Shown: piece by piece, positions 23,367 to 38,808 of the stretch
How the letters are laid out: each line of letters opens with the position of its first letter
Numbering within the stretch: position 1 is the stretch's first letter
Assembly: GCF_009914755.1 (NCBI RefSeq)
Contig: NC_060926.1
Source: the human T2T-CHM13v2.0 reference genome, Homo sapiens
Direction: 5' to 3' (one strand)
DNA length: 64,000 nucleotides
Position numbers and translations under genes: made by a program
The notes under the pieces: generated by a model
Told to the model about the DNA's origin: nothing
The model's input: only the letters and a program-made list of their open reading frames with translations
The model's database searches: none

Positions 23367-26300
23367 TGCTAAACTAGCTAACGTGACAAGTATGCACACA
23401 AAAGCCAGCAGTGAGGTAAACAGAATAACATCCACATGTTGAATTTTCCAGTCTCCCAGAATTATTGTACCTTAAAAACATTTGCAGGAGATTAATAGGT
23501 AAAGAGGTCACCTATCTCCAAAAACACAACACCTAATTGCGCACTTATTTATTCATTTCTACATTGATATATTTAGCTATCATCACTGGGTCCCTATACT
23601 AACGACCATGTTAAGCACTGTACATGTTCTAAGTGCTGTTCGCAACTAGCCTGGCTTTATTACTCTTTCTCTTATCTCCATGAAAGGATATCTGTCATAA
23701 ATTACTATTTCCTAAGAAATGGATCCAACCTTTAGCTTTCAGAAATTTGTTTATTGTATAAGGTATAGAAGGACAGTTAGAAAAAATGAATAAGATTCAT
23801 TTTCTATAATTCAGAGCTTATTACATTTGTTAAAGAAATCCCTGCTTCCCCAAAATACCTACTCACTATAAGTAGAGGCATAAACATTCCAGAAACTATC
23901 TACTTTTCCTGCAGGTAACTTCAGGATACGAATGTGCCAATTTTGGAGTCATCTGCATCTTGAAAATGCTACCTTGAGGCAAGAAAAAGAAAATGTTTAT
24001 GTCCTAAGAAAAGCAGTAGGATTGTTAAATGCATATTTTATAGATCAGGAAATAAGGTCTAGGTCTGTCATTTTGAATAAAAGCAAGTTTCTACCCTGTG
24101 TTACTATTGTTGGTTCTCTCTGGCTTTTCCTCTTGAATGGTGAGAAACTCATTCGGATTCAGTCCACAGGGGATTATGACATGAAGCATTTGCTCCTGGG
24201 CAGTGAAGTGTAAGCGAGTCCAAATGTTTAGCATGGTGAAGGCTGAAGGATGTGGAGCCAACTACATCATATACACTGTAGGCTCCAGGGCAGTACAGCC
24301 CATGTGACTTCATAATACCCAGGAGTTTGCAATCGCACAAGCTGGGAAAAAAGAGAACAGAACTTTTGGGGATGAGCGCATAACTTAGCAATGCTGAGGC
24401 AGTAAGTCAAAAGTTAGTGTTTCCAACTTCAGAAAATGTATCGTTTATTTTATCCTCCATGCTCTGAGATTCTGCATGTATATTTACATCACTGAAAATG
24501 AACATATTAGGATCACTAAATATCATGACTGATTTTTCCAATTTGCTGTGCAAACCTCCAAAGGATCTCAGCCATACATTACTTAACCTGAACTTTTGAA
24601 GTTTAGTATTATAAGAGAAATTTATTCCATATGCTTCACAGTTTATTGTGAATAAACATGCCTCCCACATTCCACAAAATACACATTTTTCTCACTTCCA
24701 ACGTTTAAAAAATAATAAAGAAAGGGTCTTTTGAGAATGGTTGGAAAGTATTGAAAAATGAGTGGAAGATTTTTTTAGGTATTAAACAAACTATGTGATT
24801 TGAAAAACATATGCCTTGTATTTTACCCATTGTTCTTACAGGGAAATTCAATTTTCAAAACATGTTTTTCTAACAAATGAAAGTAGGGTCTAGGCAAACA
24901 AACAAACAACCTGGTTAAAGTAATAATTGTTCAGAACCGTTAAGAGAATACTAAGAACTTCAATAGTGTACAGGAAATCATATAACTAATAAATACATTT
25001 GAGTTTTGAAGCTTTATTTTGCTTCAAGATTGCAAATGTTTTGAAAAATACATTTCAAAGCAGAATGTTGAACCCTTTTTATTGCAAAATAGTGTCAACC
25101 TCCTTGATAAAACTGATTAACCCATTTCCTCCAAAACAATATTTTAAAATTTTTGATTGGGAATATTTCCTTTAGCAGTGTTCACATTTATTTGCTTAAA
25201 ATCATTAAAATTCTTAAAGTAACTTTGAGTCAGTTATGTTAAATGCCATGTTTAATTATTTTACCTAAATTAAGTGGCTTTCTTTTGTTGTTTCTAGATG
25301 TTTTAAAAAATATTTAATTTGAAATGTCATTAGAGGACTTTTCTGTTGTCAAATGATCATAAGAATTTTTAAAACTATCATAATATTAAAAAACACATAC
25401 TGAATTTTCCTAATGTAGTAAAATATGAAGGCAATGATATAAAACACACTATCTGATCATTTTTCTGCTTTGAATTATTATAGGTCAACTTTACAAATAA
25501 TATTTTATTTTGTCAACTAAAAATATGATTTTAAAAATATAAGCATTTCTGTGAAATTTCTTTTTGTACAGGAGAAAAATGAGCACATTTCTAGTTTTGC
25601 TCTATATGCCAAATTTCAGCCCAGAGAGAGTGTTTATGGTTCAGATATAAAACCTCAGAAATATAAATGTGAAGACAACCTTAACTACAGTGTTGCAAAT
25701 GCAATGTTGTAATTTTGTATGTTAATCTATCAATACACAGCATGTGCAAACATATGTTTATAGACAGGAAGACAAGAATATACAAATAAGGAGATAAAAT
25801 TCTTGTATCTCATTTGATGCTCTATAATTTCTATCAATGTATGAATGTTTTCTTTTTGTGTTATGATTTCATTTGAAGTTGACATAATGCGACTTGTGCT
25901 TATTTGCAAAGGCCTCATCACTAACATTCTCAAAGCTGATGCTGCCAGCCTGCTCAGAAGATGGGGAAGCAACTTTGCCTGCCGGGACCATTACAGCAGG
26001 CAACGCTAGGAAATCAGAATATTGTGCAATGGGAAACTTTGGAGTTTTTGTTTTTGTTTTTGTTTTGGTAGGCAGCACAGGTATGCATTCAATTTTATGA
26101 ACACATCTGGTTTATCTACATTTCTAAATTTGGCCCTTAGGGTTCACAGCAGAAAATTTGTGGCAAAAGAAAGATAAAACGGTGCTTCAGCAGTCTTCTG
26201 CCCCGCTGAAGCAGCCCAGCTCATTTGCTAACCATTACGAAACTGAAGCGAAATTCAGGGACAAACAAGACAATTTATTTTTTGAAGAAGCCGCCTGTGC

Positions 26301-27829
26301 CTCTGTTGATGGCATGGTCCCCACCACATGGTCCTCAGCCAAAGATTAAAGAAGGTCTGAGGTTGTGTTTGCTTCTTTTCTTGTGTTTACTCAAGTTACA
26401 GCAACATTTTGCAAAACATTTAGGTGAGGTATGTTACGGAATTAGCAGATGGCTTTAATTTTCATTTGGGATAGTAAGGCATATTCCAATTTTCCTTACT
26501 AATGTGATGGATGAGTTTTAGGAAGGTTTAAAGTACTAAATTCAACATCGATAGTTGCAGAAAGAATGCAAATTTTTATTATTAAAAGCTAGTATCAGAG
26601 TTTTTATGAGCTTTTGGAAGAAAGGTTTAGGAAAGTATATGGTAGCAAGGTTTATTATTTTTCAAATTTTATTTCCAGCAGACAGAATCTTGAGGATAAA
26701 ATTCTTAAAATGCATTTTGTTTTCTTGAAAAATATGTCTAAAATAATTAAAGTTGATTTTGGGCTTATTTTTCCATAATAAACCTGGCTTTTTTCCAATG
26801 ATAAAAGAAATAGGTATGCACTGTAAACAATTTAGACCAATACTAAGCCTAAACAATAAGAATTAAATAATAATAGAATTCCATCCCCCAAATATGATCA
26901 CCACACTAACGTGTTTTTTCTAACCTGTTTCTATGTACATATATACAACACACACATTTTAAGAAAATGGTATCATTCACTTTTTGTAACCTCTTTTACA
27001 TTTAACTGTGTGAAAAATATTATACGTGGGGGCTTATGTTTATAAACATACACATGCCTCCATGGCAACAAATATAAATTTATATTCTCAACTTTATTTT
27101 CTAAATAAAAACTTATTTTATAGAGATACAGTTATTTAAACATTCCTCTATCATTTGATCTATAAGTTTACCTCAATGTCTTGCTATTGACATTGTATTC
27201 TAGTATTTTTTCATTCAAAAATAATTTATTGTTGATCTCTGTTTTTCACTTACAATCTTCTTCCTTGTCCCTATTTCTAATAAATAATTTGTCTTCTTCT
27301 GATTCATTTGTAAGGGTTTTAAAATATGATGATGATAAGACTTTATCATACACACCTGTCAATTTTCTTAAATTTTAATTATGGTGTCACTTTTAGTCAC
27401 ATATAATTTTTTTAATGTACTGAAATGTATCTGTGGCTTTTTATTATAATTATTGGGGGAAAAAAAGCCTTTCCATTTACACTTGTAAAATTGAAGTATT
27501 TTGACAGTTATCAGAAAAAAGTTCACTCCATTTACATATTGCTATTCATGTTAAATATAGTTTTACTAGTTGGTTCATTAACTCCAATAACAGTTTTATG
27601 ATTTATTGTTTAATCATGTTCTTTGTCGTTTACAAGGATAGTGAAACTCACACCTAAAGTTAGCATTCATTTCCCAGATTATAAAATGAAAGATGTCTGT
27701 ACAAAATAATTGTTAAAAGAGATACTTAGGATCTCACAAATCCCTGTAGGGTCACCTCCAGACTTCAGTAGTGTGGATAGCAAAATTCTTGTACCTCTTG
27801 GTGTATTCATTTAGCTATTTTTTTTTTAA

Positions 27830-28950
27830 TTAACAAATATTTTCTGAGTGTCTAACAGGCACTGACCCAGGTATAAGCTACCTAGAAGCAAAGGAATGTG
27901 GACATGATACCTTTATCAATGAAGCTAAAATTATTGGTGATGGAAAGAATACTAAAATTAGAGTTACCAAAACAAAATAGTTGTAATTGTTGACAAGGAG
28001 AGGCAGGTCCTGCTTGAGATTATAATTGGGGAACTAACCTTAGTCTGGGGTGATCAGAGAGGGCTTCCTTGAAGAGGTGATATTTCATTTCAGCTGAGAC
28101 ATGAGAGATGGTTTAGAATTGGCAAGGTAAAGAGGAAAGCGGAGTATGTTCCAGGCAGAAGCACAGGCACGTGCAGAACCAGTGACATGGAGAAGAGACT
28201 GGTACAAAAATGCTCTGAAAATAACAACTTAAAAAAAAAAACTAGATAATTCAAAGGCATGACTAAAGGGCAGAGTTGTTGTGTGCGATGAAGTTGGAAA
28301 GGCAGTGAGTGGTGGAATATGTAAGGCTTTGCTGGCAGTGGTGAAGATGTTGGCTTTAGGCTTGTAGCAACTGGCAGATGGTGTAGACGTCTAAGGAAGG
28401 ACACTCAAGGTAACTGTTCCAGCAGGAGTTGGGCAAAAGAGATAGAGGTTAGGAATTCATATTTTGGCATGTAGATTTTGAGATGCCTATAACATTATAC
28501 TATGTCAGAGGTGACCTTCATTAAATCTAAAATTGGTGACTGGATTTATGGATCTGAATCTCTGAGGGAAGGTCTAGAAGAGTTATTCTCAGCTGAGAGC
28601 AGTGCCCCCTCTCCCCAGCAGTACTTGATAATGTCTGGCGACATTTTTGGTTTTCACAACTGGGAGAGAGGAGGGTGTTTTTGGCATCTAGAATGTAGAG
28701 AGCAGGGATACTACTAAATACCTTACGAGACATATCATAGCTACTCACAACAAATAATTATGTCTCCCAGAATATTGATAGTGATGAAATGGAGAAACCT
28801 GGATGTGAATCTGTAAGTCCTTAGTTGGTGTTTGAGGTTATATAGGAAAATAAGATCACTGAAGACCAGAGTAAGAGGAGAAGAGGACCAAGGACAGAGT
28901 CATAAGAAACTAATTGTTAAAAGTTGAGAAGAGGGGACATCTTCAAAACA
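27830..28950 (+). mobile_element. L2 fragment interrupted by MER20
   Basis: AACAAATATTT..TGAGTGTCTA..TCAGAGAGGGCTTCCTTGAAGAGGTGA..CAGCTGAGACATGA..TTCCAGGCAGAAG..TTTGAGATGCCT. Confidence 0.75.
28580..28802. mobile_element. MER20 DNA transposon
   Basis: AATGTCTGGCGACATTTTTGGTTTTCACAACTGGG..TGGCATCTAG..CACAACAAATAATTAT..GAGAAACC. Confidence 0.85.
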
Positions 28951-28970
28951 TTGAAGAAAAAAACAACCCG

Positions 28971-29740
<770 letters not shown>

Positions 29741-30914
29741 TCTCCCTGAGATTCTGTGTTTCTTCTATGGAATGCTTACTTGAGAGTACACAGTAGACAT
29801 CTGGCCAACCAATAAGTTGACTCAGCCTGGGTAAGGTGTTAACTCCAGTCACATCCGCTCTGATGAGCAAAGTTTTTTAGTCCAAACATGTTGCAGTGCT
29901 TATCTCAGAAAAAAAGCAGTTTGCTCTGCTTTTGAGGGAAGCAGTTTTTAGGGAGAAGTGTGGCCTAGGGAGTGGTGGTTGTGTGTCAAAGGAAAAAAAT
30001 CAGCTGGATCTGGTAGAGAGGAGTCAGTTTCTTTAACGTATGTGCTGCCCTTCACCCTCTGCAGTTCTATGTGCCCTTTACACTCTGCAGTTAGCTATAA
30101 CCAGATTTCATGAAGATGTTGGCTTATATTCTATGTGATTTTTTTTCTGTGGAAAAAAAGAGTACTAATGTCTGACTTTTGCAGCAACAATTAGTTTACC
30201 AAGATCTGATAAAGCTCAACACATTAGTGCAAACTTGAACATTGTCTAAAATATTAACTGATTATTGACTTTATCTGCCAGTGAAAAAATTATTGCCAAA
30301 AATACAGATTTTATTTTTCTCAAGTGTACTTAGTAAATGACATTATATGCCACTACTCACATTGGCCCCGGGCTAGGAATTTTAAAGCATTTCCTTTCAC
30401 TGGACTTGAGTACTAGACACCAGCTTGAGTTCATGTTAAAGAAAAAATGAATTTGACCTATGCCTTCTTCACAGGCTATGACAATCTACTCAGGCACCAT
30501 TATCATTAGTTGATTATGTATTGACTGCTTATCACATATACCTCTTTTTCCCTTTCTTCCTCTGTCTTCACACAATATTGGAAATTGAACTTTTATTCCT
30601 GAGAAGAATTTAGAGAGTTGGCATCTGGTTATGTGTGGGCATTTTTACACTCTAAGTTTTTATTGAGGAGGCTTTATAAAAATAGTTGTTTTAGAGAGAA
30701 GTGGATTCATTACTGTCATCCCCATTGTAATGGAAATGTCTACAGTGAGCCTTATCTTCCCACAGAAATGTACCTGGGCCACAAAAGCCACTGAGGAACT
30801 TGGAGGCAGACTCTGTGTGTTGGCAGAAACCCATAGCATCTCAAACATTCACAGCAGGCGCTCTTTGGAATCACAAATCCTGACCATTGGCAACTTATTT
30901 GTGAAAATAGCTAA

Positions 30915-30950
30915 TGCTAACTCTGCGTTTGTCTCCCCTCGTCTCCGCAG
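30915..30950 (+). other. Candidate 3' splice site (possible non-coding exon start at 30951)
   Basis: Branch-like TGCTAAC, pyrimidine tract TCTGCGTTTGTCTCCCCTCGTCTCCG, then CAG|G, with local CpG retention. Confidence 0.4.
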
Positions 30951-33847
30951 GCCGTGCGGTCAGTATGGTGGACTCCTCAGCCTCCTCGGGGCTAGGTGAC
31001 AATGCTAACAGAGTCCTTCACAAAGGACTTCACAAAGGCTATATCTGCAGGATGCTTTCACTCTAGGATTTTATTAATATCACTCATTTATATTAATATT
31101 AGAGCATTAAAATGTGAAAGAGACCAAAGCAATTTTTAAAATTATATGCTAATAAACTAAAATCGAATTACACATTTTTTTCCACACTTAAACCAATGTT
31201 ATCAGTATAACAAGGCACACACACACACACAAAAAAACCCTAGGCTAAAGTGAAATATTTACTGCAGTAATCACTGTTAAAAAAATACAAGACTCTTATG
31301 AACTCCTGTCTTTCCGGAACATGAAGTAATTTCTTTGAAATAAGCAGTTCTCATACCATTATTTCATATCATCTTACAATCCAAGGACTTGAAAAAGAAT
31401 CTCACCAAGATTAAAGACTAAAAATAATTTAAAATACTGACATTGAAACTGACTCAGTTTTTTGCTAACCTCAGTTATTAAATAAGCGAAATATGTATCA
31501 TCAAGCTAAAGCCTCATTATATTCAGAAATCTCATCCTAAAAGGAGATTGTCATTCTGACTAGCAACAAGTGACTAGATGAAAATGCACTGAATTGTAGT
31601 TACTGAACTTTGCAACTGGCTACCTTTACCTGATTTAGCCAAAATACACGTTTGTGCTTAATTGTACATCTCATGTTTAGATTCATTCAATATTCATTCA
31701 TTTATGTTTGGTTGAAGTAAGATAGAATCTCTTAATGACGAGGTAATCAGTGAGGCTTGTTTTCCTAAAAATAATTTCAGCCTGTACAAGGATAGACTTT
31801 AGCAAATCAAATTTTATTTTCTCAACAATCCTATGCTTATATCCCTTGCATGCCCTTATGCTTCCCTGAGGATCTTATCTAAATGAGATAGCCACAGAGG
31901 CATCTTGCATGGTCAGTAATTTTAATGGGAATCTGTCTCTTCAAGAATCTCAAAACTTTACAGATTCTCCGTAGCACCATTGAGATGTTGGGAAAGTGTT
32001 CTTGTCACAACTCTAAATCTAGAAAAGCTGGGAACAGCAAGGGGAAAGTAAGTCCTCAAGGTCATTCAAGGTTAGCAAGCAAGACTTGAAATCTAGTACT
32101 CCTGGCACCTACTCTGCAATTTTAACCAATATGCCATCTTGCTTATCTCTTTCTGATCTGCCTAATGAGCAGCTGTCGAGCATTAAGCAAAATCATCCCA
32201 TCCCTGCTAAAAATACACTGTATACGCCAATTTTCAAAAAGGAAGCCAAGGAGACGATGTATAGTTTTCTGTGTCCAGGTGCTTTATTCAGTCCCTGGTC
32301 TTTATTTAGTTCTTGACGCATCCCAATATTCGTCCTGTTTGCTGACACTTTATGACAGCCCCAGAAGTCACTGCTGCTGGGAGTGGTTGCAGATCATTCC
32401 ACATTCATGATTTGAAGGAGAAAACATACACCAGGCACAGGAAGTATTTGCAGAGCTGGAACCTGAACAGGATGATGTTCTAAATGACAGGAACATCCTT
32501 TATCAAACATCACACTATTTCAGTTACAATATTCCTAGAAAATTCCAGAAAGGAGCAACATGGATAAGTATAATATTTGCGTATAAAAGAAGACTTCCCC
32601 TTTTTAAATTTACTTCAATCTTTTCTCTTTTATTTAATGTCAAAGTTAGCACCCAATTCACCTATTCAATACAATATAATCCTTAAAAATGGATAAAAGT
32701 TTCATCCAAATATTTCAACAATGAACTCAAAATAATTGACTTGTCACTATAATTATTCTCCACATTTTAGGAATGCATCTTTGGGTTTATATTCAAAGTA
32801 CTTTACAAATATATTTTAATATATGCAGTATAGTAATAAGTAACCTAGAAAACACTGGTTTAGGCTGTATATACATCAAAGTATATTTAAGCAATTTTTT
32901 ATACATATGATACATAAAATGAAATACCTTCTATTAAACTCATTATATATTCAAATTACAAAGTGCTCCTCAGCTTACTGTAGATTAATAATTTCTTTCA
33001 TGTTATGTGTCATAAACTATGACATTTTACATTCATAAGTTAGACTGTGGTAGTTTTAATGATAAATATACAATAGAGAAATTAAATTGAGATACATAAC
33101 GTAACTCATCACAATTGCAACCAGGAGATGAGCTAAAGTTCGCTAAATAAACATTGAGATAGAGTTTTGAACAGGCAGATGCTGAAAACTTGGTATTATT
33201 AGAAGAACCAAAAAAGGAGGGGCCTGAAGACAGTGAGTGTCTGCGCGTGTGTGCTTTCTAAGAATAGGAGAGCCAAGATCTTTGGCCAGGAGAGGAGAAA
33301 TGTAAGGAAAAAGCAGCTCAACTTGTGTGAGTGAAACAAGATAGAACAGTCATTTTATACAAGCTAGTGGTTAAAAATAAAACTGAAATATATTAGTAGA
33401 GTCTTTATTGTATTTTGCAGCAAGACCAGAGGGAAATTGCAGAATTAATTTGTGAATGGCTTCACTCTTAAATTCATGAAAGGAACTTCCACATTTATCT
33501 CTTGGACCAGTCTGTAAAGTGGGATCATGCAGGTATTTACAGCCAGCTGTATGTTGATTTGCATAAGGAGTCCAAGACTGTTTAAAGCCAACGCTCACTG
33601 AGGAATACTGATTATTGCCAAAATTATGTGAAAACAATAACGCTAATTGCCAAATGAATTAAAATTATGAGGTGCCTGTTTGATACATAAAACAATAAAT
33701 CTTGAGTGTGTTCAGGTGAGAGTATATATCTGCAAGTTATACCATACAATACAGTATGGCTTGTAGTTTAATTTTATTAACAGCGTTTTCAATGATTAGG
33801 AGATTTTAATTTTGAGAAAACACAATTCATTGTTTTTTCTTTAATGA

Positions 33848-34138
<291 letters not shown>

Positions 34139-34463
34139 TGCCTTGGACCATTTTTGCTACTATAACAAAACACCTTAGACTGGGTAATTTAGAAAGAACA
34201 GTTCTGGAAGCTGGGAAGTCTAAGATTAAGGTGTGAACAGATTCAGTGGCTGATGAGGTCCTACTTGCTGAGTCCTCATGCGGTAAAAGCAAAAGGAGCT
34301 AGGAGCTTCAACATCTTTTACACGAGCACTAATCTCATTCAAGAGAATGCAGAGTTCATGACTTAATTACTTCCTCAAAGGCCTTCCTTCTTAATACTAT
34401 CACAATAGGTACTGGGTTCCAACATATGAATTTTGGAAGGACGCATACATTAAAAACATAGCA
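34139..34463 (-). mobile_element. MaLR LTR (MST/MLT1A-like)
   Basis: CTATAACAAAACACCTTAGACTGGGTAATTT..GTTCTGGAAGCTGGGAAGTCTAAGAT..CAACATATGAATTTTGG..CATAGCA. Confidence 0.85.
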
Positions 34464-34464
34464 G

Positions 34465-36105
34465 AGTCATATCTGAGAAATCTTTGCCTAGCTCAAAGGC
34501 TTTCTCCTACTTCGTCTTCTAAAGTAATTAAAGTTTTATATTTTTAGATCTATGAACAAATTTGAGTTCATGTTTATACGTAGCATGAAGTAGAGATTGA
34601 GTTTCTTTTTATTGTTTGCATGGAAATCCAAATATTTGTTGCAAAGGCTACTTTTCTCTATTGAATTTAAAATATATTTATTTGTTATTTATGGAATCAT
34701 TTTATAATTTTTCATGACTACATTTTTGGAAAATAAGTGAAATACGTTGAGAAATTTTTTTAAGTAATAGTCTTTTTGTTGATATTCTTTATTTTAGATA
34801 TCATTGATTTAAAATATGTTGGTGTCTTGCGACTCTTTTAAACATCTTTTTCAGGCATAATTGACATATAAATTTCATATATGTAGGTAGTGTGATTTGA
34901 TAAGTTTTGACATATGCATATGTCAATGAAACTACCAACACGTTCAAAATGACAAACATATCAATCACCCTTTTGTAATCCCCCCCTCCTCAACCTCCCC
35001 ACCCTATCTCCAGTTAATCACTTATCTATTTTCTGTCATATAGATAATTTTACATTTTCTAAATTTTATGCAAATGGGATGGCAGCATATGTACTCTCTT
35101 TTGTCTGGGTTCATTCATTCAAAATAATGAGTTTGAGATTCATTCATATTGGTAAGTACATAAAAAATTCATTTCTTTTTCTGCCAATTAGTGTTTCATT
35201 GTATAGAGATACTACAACTTATCAAGCCATTAACCTATTGATACACATGCAGGTCATTTCTATTTTTTGGCAATTACAAATACCATTGCTACGAACATTT
35301 AAGTACAAGTCTGTGTAGACATATCTTTTATTTATCTTGGAAAATTACTTGGAAATAATTAGCTAGGAATAATAGCTGAATCATATTAATATAATAGATG
35401 TCTACCTAACATTTCAAGAAATCGCCAGACTATTTTGTGAGGTAGTTATATAATTTTACATTCCCACCAGGAATGTATGAGAGTTTTGGTTTCTCCATAT
35501 TCTTGGCAACACTTAATACAATCAATATTTTAAGTTTTAGCTATTCCAGTATATGAACAGTGGTACATCATCATGGCTTTAATTTGCATTTCCCTAGTGA
35601 TTAATGATATTGAGCATCTTTTCATGTTGCTATTTGCCATCTTTATATGCTCTTTAGTAAAGAGTCTAGTTTATTAAACTGTTTTTCTGTTGTTACATTT
35701 TGTGTCTTCAAATACTTATTCTAGCAAGAAGTCCTTTGTTGGATGTGTAATTTGCAAATAGTTTTAACGTTCTGATGCTAAGTTTTTTGGTCTCTTAACA
35801 GTGTCTTTAACAAAGCATTTTGTAAAATTTGGTTGAGTTCAGTTTATCAAATTCATATTTTTTGGATTATGCATTTTGGATCATGTGTGAGTACTTTCTG
35901 CCTTACGACAGGTTACAGAGATTTTCTTCTGTATTTCCTCTAGAAGTTGTATTGTCCTATATTTTAAATTTAAATGTAAATTTTTACTTTATGTGTGAGG
36001 GTTAGGACAGCATTCCATTTTAAAATATGGATTTACAGTTGTTCCAATGGCATTTATTGAAAACAATATCCTTCTGTATTGAATTGTTTTGCACCATTGT
36101 CAAAA
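34465..36105 (-). mobile_element. Ancient L1M 3' region(s)
   Basis: TTTTACATTCCCACCAGGAATGTATGAGAGTT..TTTAATTTGCATTTCCCTAGTGATTAATGATATTGAGCATCTTTTCATG..GCACCATTGTCAAAA. Confidence 0.85.
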
Positions 36106-36899
36106 TGGGAAGAGGAAGATAGGATGCAATAAACAGGTTTCCTATTACTCTAAGTACAGCTAAAAACTCTGGACATTAAATTGAAAGAAGCAAAGGATTA
36201 ACTCTGAAAAATAGAAGAATACAAACAGCTTGAATCTTAAGACCGAAGGAGTGAAAATAACTATGAGTTTATTGGGTTTTCTTTCTGCTTCATGTATCCC
36301 AAAATAGGTGTTGGAGAAGCTGGCAACCTACAGATGCCAACAGTCAAAGAAGAAAATTATTCCCAAGTAAATCTTCCTTTCTTTAGCCAAAGGAAAGGAT
36401 AGCTTTGCTTTACATCACAGGAAATTTGCAAACAATAGCCACTCTACTACTGCCAAGTACCAACATAAACACTGTGACTACACCCTCCACCTCTGACAGG
36501 AAAGGCTGAGTGGAGACCCTAGACTTCTACTCTCAGAGGGCTATAACAAGGCCTCCAGCCCTGTCTCTGAGGCCAAGTGGGTACCTGGGACTTCATCCCT
36601 GTGAGACCATAATTAACTTAAACTTCCACCCTAGCTGTCAGTACAAGGTGGCACTTTTCCCCCAAACCTCTTCACCCACCAGAGCATGTCGTACAAGGTC
36701 TGATAAGAAATAAGATTTATATACGATGCAGAATCTTATAAAACTCAAAAATGTCCAGGTCTCAATTGAAAATAACTCATTATACTAAGAACCAGTAATA
36801 TCTCAATCAGAATGACAAAAGACAGTCAACAAAAAGCAACAAGAGGTGACACAGATGTTAGAATTTTCTGACAAAAATGTTAAGCACATTGTAAAAATA

Positions 36900-38009
36900 T
36901 AGTAAGTCTTCACAAAACATTGTCAACAGGTTCTTGGAAACTTTGACTTTAACACAACAAAACAACTTATAACAAACCAATTTTACCATAAGTTAATTGA
37001 TATAAATGAGACTTGTTTCTACTGTATATTTCTGGTCACAAAAATATCACCAAACTTCTAAATAAAGAACAAAGGCTCCAAATATTAAACACTGAAATAA
37101 ATGTGAGTGATACATACACTGAAGAGAGATTTATAAAAAAAAGTAAGATCATTATTTATGCAATTATTTCAGTTCAAGGTCACGGGTGACCAGAGCCCAT
37201 CCAGGCAGCTCAGAGTGCAGTGCAGGAACCAACCCTGAACAGGACGCCATGCCATTTCAGGGTTCACTCACACACACCTACACTTGCTCCAACAAGGGCC
37301 ACTGAGACACACCAATGAACCTAACCTGCACTTATTTGGGATGTGAGAAAACCCAGAATACCCAGAGAACACACACAACGACAGGGGAAGAACATGTAGA
37401 CTCTGCATAGACAGTGGTCCCGGCCTAGAATCAATTTTTTTTCTCATTGTGATGGTTAATATTGAGTGTCAACTTGATTGGATTGAAGGATGCAAAGTAC
37501 TGTTCCTGGGTGTGTCTGTGAGAGTGTTGCCAAAGGAGATTAACATTTGAGTCAGTGGACTGGGAGAGGCAGACCCACCCTCAATGTGGGTGGGCACCAC
37601 CTAATCAACTGCCAGAATAAAGCAGGCAGAAGGTGAGAGAAGCAGACTTGCTGAGTCTTCCAGCCTTCATCTTTCACCAGTGGTGGGTGCTTCCTGCCCT
37701 TGAACATCAGACTCAACGGGTGGTTTACCAGGGCGTCTGGGGCCTTCAGCTACAGACTGAAGGCTGCACTGCCAGCTTCCCTACTTTTGAGGTTGGGGAC
37801 TCAGACTGACTTCCTGACTCCCCAGCTTGCAGATGGCCTATTGTGGGACTTCACCTTGTGATCATGTGAGTCAATACTCCTTAATAAACTCCCCTTCATA
37901 TGTACATTTATCCTATTAGTTCTGTCCCTCTAGAGAACCCTGACTAATATACTCATCAATGTTATAATGAAATAATGTTGAACAAAACAGTGTTAACAAG
38001 GGCCTGCTA
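36900..38009 (-). mobile_element. MER6-family (Tigger) DNA transposon split by an MLT2A LTR
   Basis: AGTAAGTCTTCAC..AGGTTCTTGGAAACT at the left. AGACAGTGGTCCCGGCC..AATCAATTTTTTTCTCAT|CAATGTTATAATGAAATAATGTTGAAC..GGCCTGCT at the right. Confidence 0.8.
37448..37951 (+). mobile_element. MLT2A solo LTR (HERV-L)
   Basis: TGTGATGGTTAATATTGAGTGTCAACTTGATTGGATTGAAGGATGC...CTAGAGAACCCTGACTAATA. Perfect 5 bp TSD CTCAT (37443-37447 / 37952-37956). Confidence 0.95.
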
Positions 38010-38595
38010 TTCTTTAAAGAGAAAATACATACGTAATTCAAAGAAGTGAGAAATAGACTGTCTGAGCAAATAAATAGAAAATGCAAAGAAGAAGCAAATG
38101 GAAATTTTATAATTCAAATACCATAACAGAATTTAAAAAAAAAAAAAAAACTCCTTGGATGGGCTGAAGAGCAGAATAGAGAGGGGAGAGGAAAGAATCA
38201 GTGAACCAGACCATAGAACAATATAAATTAGCTAGTCTGAACACCAGAGAGAAAATAAAATGAAAAAGAAAAATGAGCAGAGCTTCGGGAACTTGTGGGA
38301 TTACAACAAAAGATAGAATGTCTGTATCCTCAGAACTTCAGAAAAGGAGCAGCAGAGTAGGACTAAAAAAGATTAGAGGAAATATGGTTTTATTTCACAG
38401 AAATAATGGCTTTTCCAAACTTAACAACAATAAAAAAAGGTTAACCTATGAATTCAAGACTACCAAAAAAAAAAAAAAAAAATGAAGCAGGGTAAGCCCA
38501 AGGAAATCCACACCAAGACACATAATAATTAAACTTTTGAAAACTAATGGCAAAAATAAAATCTTGAAACAACCACAGGAAAAAATGTCAGATAA

Positions 38596-38808
<213 letters not shown>

